From positions 29,264,001 through 29,328,000 of the forward strand of contig NC_135655.1 of NCBI RefSeq assembly GCF_964188315.1: DNA of 64,000 nt. Direction: 5' to 3'. Within the stretch, counting starts at the first letter, position 1, and each line of letters opens with the position of its first letter. The DNA comes from Podarcis muralis (taxonomy: Eukaryota). Below the pieces are notes generated by a model, which saw nothing but the letters and a program-made list of their open reading frames with translations, was not told the DNA's origin and made no database searches. Positions 13,902-25,956 of this stretch are shown one piece after another. The position numbers and the translations under genes are program-made.

Positions 13902-13910
13902 CCCCCTCTA
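13902..13910 (-). other. Polypurine tract
   Basis: Minus strand reads TAGAGGGGG immediately before TGTCAGG, the start of the 3' LTR. Confidence 0.85.
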
Positions 13911-14336
13911 TGCCGAAACCATTCTGACAAGACCCTCTGAGTTCAACACCTTGCCCTTTGCCTTGTGCCACTTCCCGGCATCTTTCCCAGGCACCTGTTG
14001 AACCCCTTCAACACTCCCAGAATCACACTGTGCGACACTTTTCCACGCACTTGTGACCTGATACCCTACTGACCCTTTAGGGCCAGCAGTTGTGTCTTCT
14101 CCGTCAGACTTTTCCCCCTCTGACTTGACAACCCTTCCGTGAGCTTTCTCCATTACCGGAGATGAAGCCTCACACCTGGACACTCCTTTCACAACCCTTG
14201 GAGATGCCCAAACCTGCCCTGAACCCTGATCCTGGACTTGGTCCCCATCACCGGGTTTTGAACCCTGATTCTGGACCTGATCCCCCGTCACCGGATTCAG
14301 CAACAGCCTCCCTTCTCCCTTGAGAAGACTTTGCAC
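13908..14336 (-). pseudogene. IN-RT linker, first residues of RT, and RNase H C-terminal tail; RT/RH core deleted
   Basis: SPRVVKGV (linker-like) and SVEGVQQVPGKDAGKWHKA (Copia RT-start-like) are followed within about 60 bp by the PPT. No YxDD motif. Confidence 0.6.
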
Positions 14337-14760
14337 CCGTCACCTGGTGACGTATTCCCTTTTCCTTGAAAAACTCCTCCAGAGCAGACCCAGTAAACTG
14401 TGACCCTCGGTCGCTCTTGAACCCTTGCACCTTGGTGGAAAACCTTAGTTCCACCTCCGCAACCCAATCCTTGATCAGTTGCGCCGCCTCCTCCTGTGAT
14501 TTGAGAGAGAGACACCAGCCAACCTGGCTGTGGCCATCTGTCAGCGATGGCACATACCTGGCCCCACCCAGACTCTCACACCTCATGGGTTCTGACAGAT
14601 CTGTGTGAACAAGCTCAAAGGGCTTCTTTGGCTACCCTCCCAAACCCGGGAAAACCATGTACCTTTGCACCTTTGCATGCCCTGCACCCTAGGGACCTCC
14701 CGCATTTCCGGAGTTAGTACCCTTTTGTGCACCTGTGCAACTTTTGCACATGAGTGGGAA
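14337..14760 (-). pseudogene. Copia integrase remnant (Zn-finger part plus truncated catalytic core)
   Basis: CRACKGAK...(frameshift)...KPFELVHTDLSEPMRCESLGGARY...VQGFKSDRGSQFTGSALEEFFKEKGIRHQVT. Similarity stops before the catalytic Glu. Confidence 0.9.
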
Positions 14761-14779
14761 CCTTAGCACACTGCACCTG

Positions 14780-15114
14780 TGCTTTTACCAGCATTCCCAC
14801 CACCCTCCAGAGGTGTCTCCAGAACAAAGAAATTATTCTTGCTCTTCGCCATGTTGATCCGTTGTCGCCCCCCTCTGAAAATGGAACAGGTGTCATTTTC
14901 AAAGCACATTTTTGAACCCCTGCTTCGTTAGAGCAGATACAGATAACCGACAACAATTCAGTCCCGGCACAACGTAGACCTCTTGCTCCTCCTGTAAAGG
15001 AGAGAAAAACACGTTAGCCAATTGTTCCTGTTGAAACAGCCCTGCAATTCCGCAGTTTGCCTATCAGGTGCTGCCTGATAGTAGAATCCAAAACACCCAG
15101 CGTGTCACCGTGTC
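14780..15114 (-). pseudogene. Copia protease region remnant
   Basis: RWV/(frameshift)LDST at about 15080-15100 is a degenerate W.LDSG motif. VYVVPGLNCCRLSVSALTKQGF resembles Copia VLYVP.L..NLLSVS.L...G. Contains stops and frameshifts. Confidence 0.7.
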
Positions 15115-15117
15115 CTA

Positions 15118-16068
15118 GCTGGAGTTGTTCTTTACAGTTGCCATAGAAGCAACAAACGTCCCGCTGCCTCTGTCCTTGGCAGCGTCCGAAACCGCAACAT
15201 CCTGCGTTGCTCTGAAGACTGGACTTATCTCAGAGTTCCCAGACAACTCTGCAGCACGTATCTCCCTCTGCAGCAGATGGCTGGCCTTGAAGCCTGTAGC
15301 TGTGTCCTGTTTCCCAGGCTTCAACTTTCGACGCAAATATCTCTTGGCAGCCTTTGGAAAAAGAGGCTTTTCTGTGCTTTTACTGCTCACCGCCCCCCCA
15401 CTGCTCCCAGGGCTCCCGGGACGCTTTCCTGCACCCCCAGTGGTAGGTAAAGGGCTCCCAGCAGCTTGCCTCTCTCCAAGCTCCTCACGCAGATGTTGAA
15501 CTCCAGTGGAAAAATCACTGCCTTGGGCTCCTCCCGCTGGCCTCCTTCTCCTTCTTCCGGAAAAGCACTCCTTGCCAGCTCCGCCCATTCTGAACCTCCA
15601 CTTCATTCCAGCACGTACAGTGGAAAACTTTTTAAACGTGCCTTTGGAAAAAGTCCGCCCCCCCCCCCACCTGCTCAGCAGCACTCCTTGTGGCTAAAGC
15701 ATCAGGGACAGGGGCCCCAGCCGTCTCTAGGCTTTTGTATTCTTTCTCCAGGGCTCTGGCCTTTTGCTGAAGCTTCACAGCACACTCCCAGACAGCCCTT
15801 TTAGATAGTCCCCCCTCTGGGGCCCACAGCCCTTCCCAGCTGTGCACCGGCTCTCACGAAGGTGGTCAGCGCCATCTTGCCTTCTGTTCTGAAGCAGCCA
15901 TCTCCCGGCCCTTGCTGTCTGCCTCCAGCCTCACAAACTCCCTGGAGCACTAGGCAAACGGCCTCTGGCTTCCTGGCACCCAGAACAGTAGACTTCAGAT
16001 CAGCAGCCAGGTTGCCCAACTTCTTAAAGTGAGCATGGAACGTCCTCCAAGACCTGGCAGCCTGCCAT
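15118..16068 (-). pseudogene. Copia gag remnant
   Basis: GGLSKRAVWECAVKLQQKARALE...AGAPVPD resembles Copia gag. Degenerate zinc knuckle near 15270-15310. Multiple stops and frameshifts. The start ATG at 16068 is inferred. Confidence 0.55.
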
Positions 16069-16325
16069 CCTCTTCCGTTCTCCCAAGGGGCCCCAAGCTT
16101 ACTCACAGCCTATCCAGCACCCGTCCGGAGAAACGATTTTCCAGCTGCTCTTCAGCTCTCCGCAACACAGGCAACCACTTTGTGTCTTTCAGTCAGCCGC
16201 TTTTAGCTCCGCAGCTACTCCTTGCCTCTTAACACCAGGCAAAAAAAAAAACCACCATCTCCTGCCGATCTTCAAACGCATTCCGGCAGCTTCTTCAGTG
16301 ACAGTTTTACAAGCGGTGATTAGTA

Positions 16326-16334
16326 CCCATAACC
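16326..16334 (-). other. Primer binding site, half-tRNA(iMet) type
   Basis: GGTTATGGG directly after the 5' LTR, complementary to CCCAUAACC of the tRNA-iMet anticodon stem-loop, as in Drosophila copia. Confidence 0.85.
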
Positions 16335-16748
16335 TGTGGCAATAGATATATTGGGACCCCAGCTAATTGATTTATTGGTCCTCAATTAGCTTTTATGGCA
16401 GCCCGGTCCGGCGCGCTTCCCTCAGCTGCGCCACTCAGCTCCCTTCGTCCGGTAGCTCCAGTCACACCTTAGCAGAGATAAACACAGCGGTGATAAACTG
16501 TCACGTCCTTCACTTAGCTTCCAGACAAACACACACAGAGTCCAGGTTTGTCCATTTCAGCTCTTTATTCCGACATTCCCCCAGGGATCTCCTGGGCTCC
16601 TTTCCGCCATTACAGGCTACGTCTTTCTCCCTCAACGACCAGAGGGGAACAGACAGACTCCTCCCAAACTCCTCCCAGCTTCTAAAAGCTGACGTCAGAA
16701 TTGAGGCATCATGGGAACTTCTTAACCAGTTAAGTTCCAAACCTGACA
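16335..16748 (-). repeat. 5' LTR of the Copia element
   Basis: Direct repeat of 13488-13901. Its tRNA-like segment is at 16393-16440. Confidence 0.95.
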
Positions 16749-17237
16749 TTATGGAATGCTCCCTCCAGACTGGTTTGCCTGGCACCCCCTTTTAATGTCT
16801 TTTCAGTACCTGAGAAGAGTTTCTTCAGTTTCACTGATCTTTTAAGCCCCACTTTTAAAATCTCCGGCATTATCAGGGGGGAGAGACGAGTCCCACCATG
16901 TACAGGAAAACTATCTTACTTTTTATAAAGTTTGGGTATTCGTGCTTTCTAATTTTTATATTTTGGGTTCCATGGAACTCCCTGCCACAATAATTCAGTT
17001 CCTCAAGGTGACCCTTTTCCACAGTTGCTCGTTCCTTTTAAAATCCTCCTCATAGGCTTAAGCATGAGGTGGACACCAGCACTGGATATAGTATGACCTG
17101 TTGAGAATATTGTTTATTAAAGGGTTTTGTGTATTTAAGGCAACACTGATATTTAAACTGGTGTCTTGCATGCACTTTATGGCAGTTTCTACAGACTGAG
17201 AGACAATGTTGCTGACACCAGCCTCTAAACAGCTTTT

Positions 17238-17330
17238 TGTTGTTGTTTAGCCATTTAGTCGTGTCCAACTCTTCGTGACCCCATGGACCAGAGCACGCCA
17301 GGCACTCCTGTCTTCCACTGCCTCCCGCAG
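17238..17330 (-). mobile_element. Bov-B (RTE) LINE extreme 3' fragment
   Basis: Matches the Bov-B end at 63298. (CAA)n tail. 13-bp TSD ctaaacagctttt at 17225-17237 and 17331-17343. Confidence 0.9.
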
Positions 17331-17439
17331 CTAAACAGCTTTTACCTCAAGCCAAATTCTCTAAAACACAGCTGAATTAACTTACAACCCATTGCAGCTA
17401 CTAAGGACAGTCTGCTTATGATCCCATAGCTTCGCTAGC

Positions 17440-17800
17440 TGGACTTCCGGCTGCTTGTACAGTTTGGCCGATTTTAAAAATCTGGTTGTGGTAAGACATT
17501 TGCACTGGGCAGCCTCCTAGTCTAACTCAGCCACCTGCTTCCTTTTTTCTGATCTTTACCAGCAAAGTATTGTTTGCACACTGGAAATGAACAGCTTAAT
17601 ATTCGGGCCTCATCTTTCCACTTTCACCTCATCTTTCCCTGGCCTCTGCCTCACACCTCCCTCGTCAACTGACTTCTCCAACTTTGTTTTCCAACTGACA
17701 GTTATCTCCCAACTGACAGTTAACTGCCTGTTCTTCACTGGCTTGAATATACAGCTAATCAGAGTCTCTCTTTTCCGCCCCCCAGACCAATCAAAATTTA
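17440..17800. promoter_or_regulatory. Candidate promoter or enhancer with ETS, MYB, GC-box and CCAAT motifs
   Basis: ACTTCCGG at 17443-17450. Donor-like GTG|GTAAGA after 17490. Six YAACTG hexamers in 17666-17726. CCGCCCCC at 17775-17782 and CCAATCA at 17787-17793. Motif evidence only. Confidence 0.4.
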
Positions 17801-18321
17801 CTGATCCCGACCCTGTCTATCAATATTAAAAGTGATTGCCTCTTTCTCCCGTTTCAGAACCTGTCACCAAGAAGCCACCCCTAAGCAGTCGTGCAACATA
17901 TGAACAGCACAAGGCCTTGGACTTTGACAGTTGTGCTCTGACATTGCCATAGAAATATGTTTCGAAGCACAAAACATCAACAGACAGCCATATATACAGC
18001 AATTCTCCACACTGTGTTTTCACATGGTTATTTAGTTCTGTGGAACTTCCTACGCCTTAGGTTAATTGCTGTTTGCCATGATTTTTAGATTTCTTCTCTG
18101 ATTTAAAATGATTGTTTTTAGCATTACTGCTGCCATATAGAATTTTACTTGTGTGGGTTTTGGAGTTTTAAAATTGCTTCAATTGTTTTCCGTGCATTTC
18201 CCAGAGAATTATTGTTATTGGGTAACAGGTAAGTTGAATAAATAAATAAAATTAAGTCAGGCAGTATCCAGTAACAACTTTTGTCCTATATTGTTTTCTG
18301 AATAGCTAGGCACTTCTTTAA

Positions 18322-18812
18322 CAACTAATCCAGAATGCGGCAGCTAGACTAGTGACTGGGAGTGGCCACCGAGACCATATAACACCTGAAAGACCTACAT
18401 TGGCTCCCAGTACGTTTCTGAGCACAATTCAAAGTGTTGGTGCTGACCTTTAAAGCCTAAATGGCCTCAGCCCAGTATACCACCCCCATTGTTCAGCCCG
18501 GACACTGAGGTCCAACTCTGAGGGCCTTCTGGCAGTTCCCTCATTGCGAGAAGTGAGGTTACAGGGAACCAGGCAGAGGGCCTTCTCAGTAGTGGCACCC
18601 ACCCTGTGGAATGCCCTCCCATCAGATGTCAAAGAAATAAACAACTTTTTGATGTTTAGAAGACATCTGAGGGCAACCCTGTTTAGGGAAGTTTTTAATG
18701 TTTGATTTTTTTATCGCTTTTTTATTGCTATTCTGTTGAAAGCCGCCCAGAGTGGCCGGGGAAACCCAGCCAGATGGGCGAGGTATAAATAATAAATTAT
18801 TATTTATAATAT
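18322..18812 (+). mobile_element. L2 LINE 3' fragment
   Basis: QLIQNAAARLVTG...LHWLPV...FKVLVLTFKA remnant with an AT-rich tail. Confidence 0.85.
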
Positions 18813-19528
18813 TATCCAGTAAACACGATACCATGTTGGTGGAGGGGTTTTTTCATGGGCTGATTCCATAGCGCTAGTCTTACATATAATGAAAATGTAA
18901 GGGTGCCATCACATAGCCCCCTGTTGGAGGATTTGTAATGCCTCATCACAATCCTGGGTTTGCAGGGTGGGCAAAAAAGAAGGCAGGTTTTATAGCAGCA
19001 GCAGCAGCAGCAGCTGTGGCATGGTGGTGAGAAAGGAGATTCATGGAGAGTCAGAAGGTGGTGATTAAAACAACAGGAGAGATCTGAATGGATTCAGAAG
19101 AGAGAAACACTGAGGGCAACAAGAAGAAATACCAGAGATGAGTACAATACAAAAGCTAACTCCAAAAAGCTAACACAACAGAGCCTTTCCCAACTCCCTT
19201 CTCACCCTCAATCCTTATTTTAAATCAGCACTTTGTCTGCCTCAAGAGTTCCTCCTGCACACTCTACTCAAACCTCTGCCATTGTTTAAAACTGCTACTA
19301 TTTTCCTTTCAGTGTCTCTCCAACTCTGCTTTACTCAAACCTCTGCTGCTGTTTAAAGCCACCATTTCCCCCTCTGTGGCTTGCTTGCTTGCTCCACTTA
19401 AATTTTATTTATTTATTTGTTGTATTTATATACCACCTTTATCTTCCAAGGAGCTCAAGGTGGCATTCATGGTTCTTCTCCCCATTCCATCATCACAACA
19501 ACCCTGTGAGGTAGGCTAGGCTAAGATA

Positions 19529-19770
19529 CAGTGATACATTGGGTTAAGTACTTAATTCGTTCCGGAGGTCCGTTCTTAACCTGAAACTGTTCTTAACCTG
19601 AGGTACCACTTTAGCTAATGGGGCCTCCTGCTGCCACCGCGCCGCTGGAGCACGATTTCTGTTCTCATCCTGAAGCAAAGTTCTTAACCCAAGGTACTAT
19701 TTCTGGGTTAGCGGAGTCTGTAACCTGAAGCATATGTAACCTGAAGCATATGTAACCCGAGGTACCACTG
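19529..19770 (-). mobile_element. Tigger-like MITE inserted in an older SINE-like repeat
   Basis: Reverse orientation of the 13045 family. TA flanks. Host repeat continues on both sides. Confidence 0.85.
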
Positions 19771-22700
19771 TATGGTAAATGGCCCATGAACACCCAATGA
19801 ACTTGAGCAGAGATTTGAACCCTAGTCTCCCAGGTCATAGTCCATCCAACAGTCTAACCATTACACCCCACTGGCTCTCTGCCATTGTTTAAAACCACCC
19901 ATTTCCTCAAAGTGTCTCTACACTGAAGGGCCAAGTTTGCCTATGCCTGGGATGGGAGTTCCAAACTCTGGGATCAGTCACTGAGAAGGCTAGCTGCAGG
20001 GATCTTCTTCACCATGTGATGCCTTCAGGAAATGTGTTGGGGAGGCAGATCCCAGCAAGATTGAAAAGGAGTTGGCCAAGTCTGCAAAGGCTGGAAGAGG
20101 AGACTTAACCCCAGGACTTTTGGGGAGAGAGAAAGAGAGATGAACCTGCTGTGGTCTGCTTTGTCAGCATGTTTCCTGCAGGCAACACCAAACAAGACTG
20201 AACCCTCCTACTCTCTGCAGTGTGGTGAGGGGGGTGGGGAGATGCAGTGCCGCCTTCCCACACCCTCCTCCTGACCATATAGGGTTTTTCAAAACCCAGT
20301 TAAACATCAGCCCCACCCCAAATTTATTTGAGACTAGATCAGGTCAGGTTTCCCACAGGGCAGCCAGAGCTCTGGTTTGGGAGAGAGCTGTGTAGAGGAC
20401 TAATCCTAACAGACCACACTGTCCATTTATAAATCTCAATATTTATTGGTTTCTTCAAACTCTTGGGCAGTGCCAGGCACTTCTGAGCATATAAAGAAGG
20501 CATGGTTAAGCAATGTCCCCCACCTTCCCGAAGTTGTTGGACTCTAAATATCCACCATTCCCAGCTAGTTGTCGCTGGTGGTCAGGGATAATGGGAGTTG
20601 TGGTCCAGCAGCACCTGGAAGGCCAAAGCTTGTCCCCCCCCCCCCCCGATATAAAGGCCCACAATTATATAAGTGGAGCTGATTGCATGGGTCTTTCCAG
20701 ATTCCTTTAAAAGGCGGATGTGCTGGTGCAACATTTCAAAGGACATCTCATTCAAGCCTCAGTATGACCATGAGGAGTGTTTGTAGCTTCTTGGAACATG
20801 TATCCTTGATCAGAGCAGATTCTTACCAAAACAGCATCCTTGCTCTTATGTTGTTTTAATTTTATCAGTTGTCTCAATTTATGCTACTGATATTTTGTTT
20901 TGTTTTGTTTTGTTTATTTCTACTGTCATTGAATTAACTGACTCATAAAGCTGTTGGTTCCTTCTAACACTACAGAAGTTAAACTATTACCTTCAAATAA
21001 ACTTAATCAGCCTTGTGAGGTAGATATGCCTATGGTTTTCATACAAAGAATAGCCACCCCAAACTTAGCACCCTCTAAATATTGTTGGACTACAACTCCC
21101 ATCATCCTTGACTATTGAAAATACAAGCTGGGGTTGATGGGAGCTGTAACCCAAAGCATCCGAAGGGCACCAGCGTAGTATATTTAATAGCAGCCAGGAC
21201 ACCTTTGCTGTTGCTCAGTTTTCAAAAAAGGGCAAGCATTTTCAGCTTTCGTTAACTTTAATTAAGGCTGAGAGTGCTCGGCGCCAATGGAGACGGAGGC
21301 ATCTGAGCTTCAGCATTTCTTACTGTGATCAGGAATGAAATCAAATGATTTCTCTATCAACTCTGCCTTCAACTCTCCTTTCTGTTCGCTGGCAGTGGTG
21401 AGTGCAACTTTCCTTATGAAGTGGATTGAGTGCTGATGGAATGAATGGCCCGAAGCCTTAATGCCACAATTACGAAGTATAGAAAAGGGCAGCACAAATT
21501 TCCTCTTTACTGATGTTCTTCCCCATGGTGATCCTGATGAAGTTCAAAAATGACAAATTCAGAATACCAATTTCCCCAGATCATAATGCCCAGATGTATT
21601 CCAGGGAGAGCTTCAGGACAAGGATATTACAAATGTATGCATCAAATTTTGCACCTGCGCACTCTGCATTCATTAAGCTGGGCGCTCAAAGGCAGTGGTT
21701 GTTGGTGTATGCTCAGAAGACAATTATTTAACCCCTTATTCCCCTTTATCTTGACAATTTCTGCAATTGACTAAAATTGGTGTGGGGTTTTTTTGGTTTT
21801 TAACGAAAGGGGATATAGTTTACAAAACAATACATTGGCTCCTGAGCAATCAATTGGCTCAGGAATTTTCAAGTTTGAAAAAGTCAGGGATGCCTCAAGG
21901 GCACGTAGCACATTCATGTGACCTTTAAAGCAATTCAGGCATCTGACCATTGGGGGGGGGGGGGAACCTTGTGTTGTCACTCACCAGGACCTGGCTGTGC
22001 TTGTACCCACGAAAGGACAAGGAAGAAACTGAAGGGGCAGTGCCAAAGCAAAAGGCACATTATTTTGGATGGCAGCTGTCACCCATCTGCCTACAATCAG
22101 CCCTGTCTTGTTTTCACTCACCTTTTAGAGTTCAAATGTTAATAAGTATGTAGTTAGCAGGTGGTCGCTCACCAAAGACCCCTGACTAAAATTAGCCATC
22201 CTAGGATAAGACAGGGTGGCGGACTGGATCCAACCAGTGGGCTCGATTCAGAACTGACCCACCTTCTGTGGACCAGTTTTTCAGCTGGGCTTGGCTATCC
22301 ACCTGTTGATCATCTGACGTTATATGATGGCAGGTGGTTCATCATCAAAGGAAGTATCATAGGCACCCCCAATGCTTTCTCCCCACCCCCAGAAATGGTT
22401 TGAATCCAAGCCAGGGCTGCAAAGATTCCTGCCGAAAGTAGGTTTTGCAAGCTCCACTTTCAGCAGAGATTGGCTCCACTTGGGAATTGCTCAGTGGAAC
22501 CAATCCCAGTGGAGTTTGTGGTGAGTGCAAAATTTTAAAGTGGCCATTATGAGCCCTTATACTGACCAAGAGACTTATACTTCAAACCTGGAAGGATAAA
22601 TACCTCCCATAACTTATGCAAGGGTCTGATGACCTCAGTGCCCTGGCTATATTTAAACATATTTGTCAAGTTCATGTGGATACCTACTTGGATATCTGGA

Positions 22701-23268
22701 GAGCTTATATGAACTGCCCCTAGGCACTGCATAGGCCCCAGAAACTACACTGCCCAAGGAGGCAATTTGATTCCTAAACACCCCTAGCTGTTTTTAAATT
22801 GTTATTTTAAATGATCTGATCAAAGATCTCCAAATCGTATGTGTTTTTGGCACGTCAGGCGTTTAGAGGCACCTTGTAAAGAAACAGCCTGGGTGATCTG
22901 ATGCAACTTCTGATCAGATGGGCATTTTACGATACCTTCTTCAGGGCTGGATTAAGACCTTTAGAGGCCCTAAGTAAGGAAAAGATTATGGTGTGCCCCC
23001 TCTTGTGTAATTCAAAACAAAAACCAGAAAATAAGAATGTACTTTTCAAAATGACATAAAACTTACATGTATGATGAAATGCATCTACACATATATCATG
23101 TGCGACTCATGGCAGGATCTGATTTTCTCACATTATTTGAATCTACATTAGTAGGATGCCCCTGGTTTAGGTGGGGATAAGCAACAAAAGAAGAACACAA
23201 AATGTGGGGAAAGTATGTACTGGTGTGTAAGAAAGTCCTGATTTTTCCCATGGCGACTGCTTCAATTT

Positions 23269-23417
23269 NNNNNNNNNNNNNNNNNNNNNNNNNNNNNNNN
23301 NNNNNNNNNNNNNNNNNNNNNNNNNNNNNNNNNNNNNNNNNNNNNNNNNNNNNNNNNNNNNNNNNNNNNNNNNNNNNNNNNNNNNNNNNNNNNNNNNNNN
23401 NNNNNNNNNNNNNNNNN
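23269..23417. other. Assembly gap (149 N)
   Basis: Run of N. Confidence 1.
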
Positions 23418-24205
23418 TGCCCTAATCTAGCACTGACCTTTTCAGACAAAGGTTTCTTATGCTGAGCAGGAAAGTGTGAAGGGGCATGTTCGGGTGAACA
23501 TTGTTACAGCGGTCCCTGAGACTGGGATCTTGGATCACACATTCCTTGCTCCACAAATGTGCAAGTTCTTAGAGTCTGCTTGTGTACAACACTGCAGACC
23601 ACTGGTTTTTACCAGCAACAGTGCAGGCCAATGCATGCATCCCAAAGCTTTAGAATCCAGCTGATGAATCCATTACCTGAGGTTCATGCATTGCCATGGA
23701 GAAGTTAGAATCATTTCCCCAAGACATCTAGAATTCTAGAGTTGTCGTATGAAAAGAAGAGCATGGGCATAAATATAACATTTGTTGGCACAGTAAGCAA
23801 CATTTTTGCCCCCTTGCCACTCAGAAAAGGAGAGTCATTAACTGTCATTGTGATAGGAGCATCAAGGAGCCACAGATGGAGCAACGGGAATCATTTACAT
23901 GGAACATTAGTTTTAGGAGCTCCTTCAGGGCAGTCAAAGGAGGTGGCCTATGCATAATTTTCAACTTGCCAAGGCCCTAATGTGCCATAAACATAGAAGA
24001 TGGGGACACAAGACAAAAAAAATGCTATAAATGTGGGAGAAACCCCTCCCTTTGTGTCAAAGCAGCTATTTTTTCACATCAGACTCATACAACTCTTTCT
24101 TTCTGGCAGGAATCACTGTCAGCTCTAACGAACAGCAGGCATTAAACATTGTGGGGGATGAATTTTCCAGATACAATGAATGGTTTGTCTTATAATGTGG
24201 ACATG

Positions 24206-24207
<2 letters not shown>

Positions 24208-24242
<35 letters not shown>
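24208..24242. repeat. (TA)n microsatellite
   Basis: Direct reading. Confidence 0.95.
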
Positions 24243-24245
<3 letters not shown>

Positions 24246-25866
24246 AAGCCTGTCACCTTCTTCCTTTTGGATTATTAGTTCATCTTCTAGCTCTTCGTCT
24301 TCTGACAGTTTACAATGATAGCCTAGACACATATGGTCAGCAGAATCCACCTCTAAAGTATTGTCTCTAAGCCAAAAAAAACCCCGCAACCTTAACACAA
24401 GTAATAAAAAAAAACTGCAGCAGTTGGTGTTAAAACAAACTACCGTTCATGCCTACATTGTACACATGCCATGCAAACTGGGATATGTGTGTGCTCTAAA
24501 TAAAGAATTTTTATAGCTGAGAATAGGAATGGGCAAACTTATCAATTTCACTTTCTCTCAGTTTGTCATTTTTCCAATTTTAAGTTCAGTTCTCCACATT
24601 TCCACATCAGTTTGTGATTTTTTAAAAATTCCACATGAAAATTTATCAGCCTTTTAAGTGTGAATTTGTCCTAATATACAAATGTTGCATGCAATTTTTG
24701 TCTTATACATTTTTGCAAAGCTTATTTTGCCTAATATTTATGTTTTCTCTAATATAATACATTTTTGAATGTTATTTTCAGTATTATATGCAATGTTATC
24801 CTATCTTGACCTGCTAGGGCCATGTTCCCCAAACTACATCCACCCACACACAAGCCCATGAACAGGAGAACACAGTTTCATCCTGCCTTGGCTATATGAC
24901 CTGTTCCCAGCAGCAAGCAGGATCACACAGTCAAGGCAGCAGGATTCAATCCTCACTCATCATTTGATGAGAGCGGATTAAAGTGCTTCTCAGAATCGCT
25001 GTTTAAAGCAGCCCGTGCACTTCACCAAGTGGGTGGAAGAAGCACACAAGCTGTTTCAAACAGTGCTTTTGAGAAGTGATGTAAGGCAGTGCCCATGATC
25101 CTGCTTCAGCTGAAACAGAAGACCTGGGGCTGCCTAAAAGCAGTTCTCAGGAGTGCTTTTTGAAGCATCCATCCCACTCTACTTCCCAAGGAGAAGTGAG
25201 TAGCTGCTTCAGACAGCACCCACCCTTTAAGTAAGTGGACTGCAGCAGTGGGGTTGGGGAATCTTGACCACCCCACCCACTGCCACCTACTCACTCAAAG
25301 GAAGATTGGCCTCATCCTCTTTTGAGAATCGCGTTTGAGAAGTGCTTTAAGGCATCCCCAGCACTCCATTTCAGCTGAAAGGGCAGTGGGGTTGCTACCT
25401 TAATGTACCGTACTTCTCAAAAACACTATTTGACTCAACCACTTCCTTCACAATTATGTTTGCAAAATGTTAAGGCAGTCCCTGCACTCATATTTCAGGC
25501 TGAAATGTGAGCATGGGGGCTGTCATAAAGCCTTTACAAGTTTCCCCACATTCCCTTTTAAAATGTTGCAATTGGGACCTTAAAGGGCGAGAGGAAAATT
25601 TGGAATACTGTGCATTTGCCAGGTGGGCAGCCACATTCCTCTGTCAATCACATGGAATCATATCATTGAGAGACCACGTGGTCCCACTCACCTGTCAAAC
25701 TTGTCCTGCAAGGCCAATCCTGATAATAATCTATCTCATGGAGCCAAAGTTTCCCCACCCCTGCTTTACTTTAATATACCGTACATATTTTGTACACATT
25801 AAATGGCTGGAAAACTGCATTGCAAAAAAAATTTAAAAAATTGCTTATTGTTTCTGAAAGTGCAGA

Positions 25867-25956
25867 CACAGCTGTCAACTTTTCCCTTTTCTTGTGAGGA
25901 ATCCTATTCGGAATAATGGAATTTCCCTTAAAAAGAGGAAAATGTTGACAGCTATG
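25867..25956. mobile_element. 90-bp hAT-type MITE
   Basis: TIRs cacagctgtcaac...gttgacagctatg. Perfect 8-bp TSD agtgcaga at 25859-25866 and 25957-25964. Confidence 0.85.

Larger units (their letters stand above)
13488..16748 (-). mobile_element. Non-autonomous Ty1/Copia-derived LTR retrotransposon
   Basis: 414-bp LTRs (TG...CA) at 13488-13901 and 16335-16748. TSD TTATG at 13483-13487 and 16749-16753. PBS GGTTATGGG next to the 5' LTR and PPT AGAGGGGG next to the 3' LTR. Remnants follow the Copia order gag-PR-IN-(RT/RH). Confidence 0.95.
13325..16795 (+). mobile_element. Old L2 fragment split by the Copia insertion (L2 parts about 13325-13487 and 16754-16795)
   Basis: Joining the flanks restores cccccatttatggaatgctccct, matching the L2 motif seen at about 11520 and 18600. 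Confidence 0.65.

Noticed and set aside
13520-13927. 135/142-aa ORFs at 13520 and 16367
   Set aside because: They are antisense read-throughs of the LTR with a non-ATG start and no domain. Their identity only reflects the LTR duplication.
18205-18228. 24-bp segment with good splice sites
   Set aside because: It lies in what looks like a decayed LINE tail. There is no supporting evidence for use.
23096-23465. ORFs spanning the N gap
   Set aside because: Artefacts of unknown bases.
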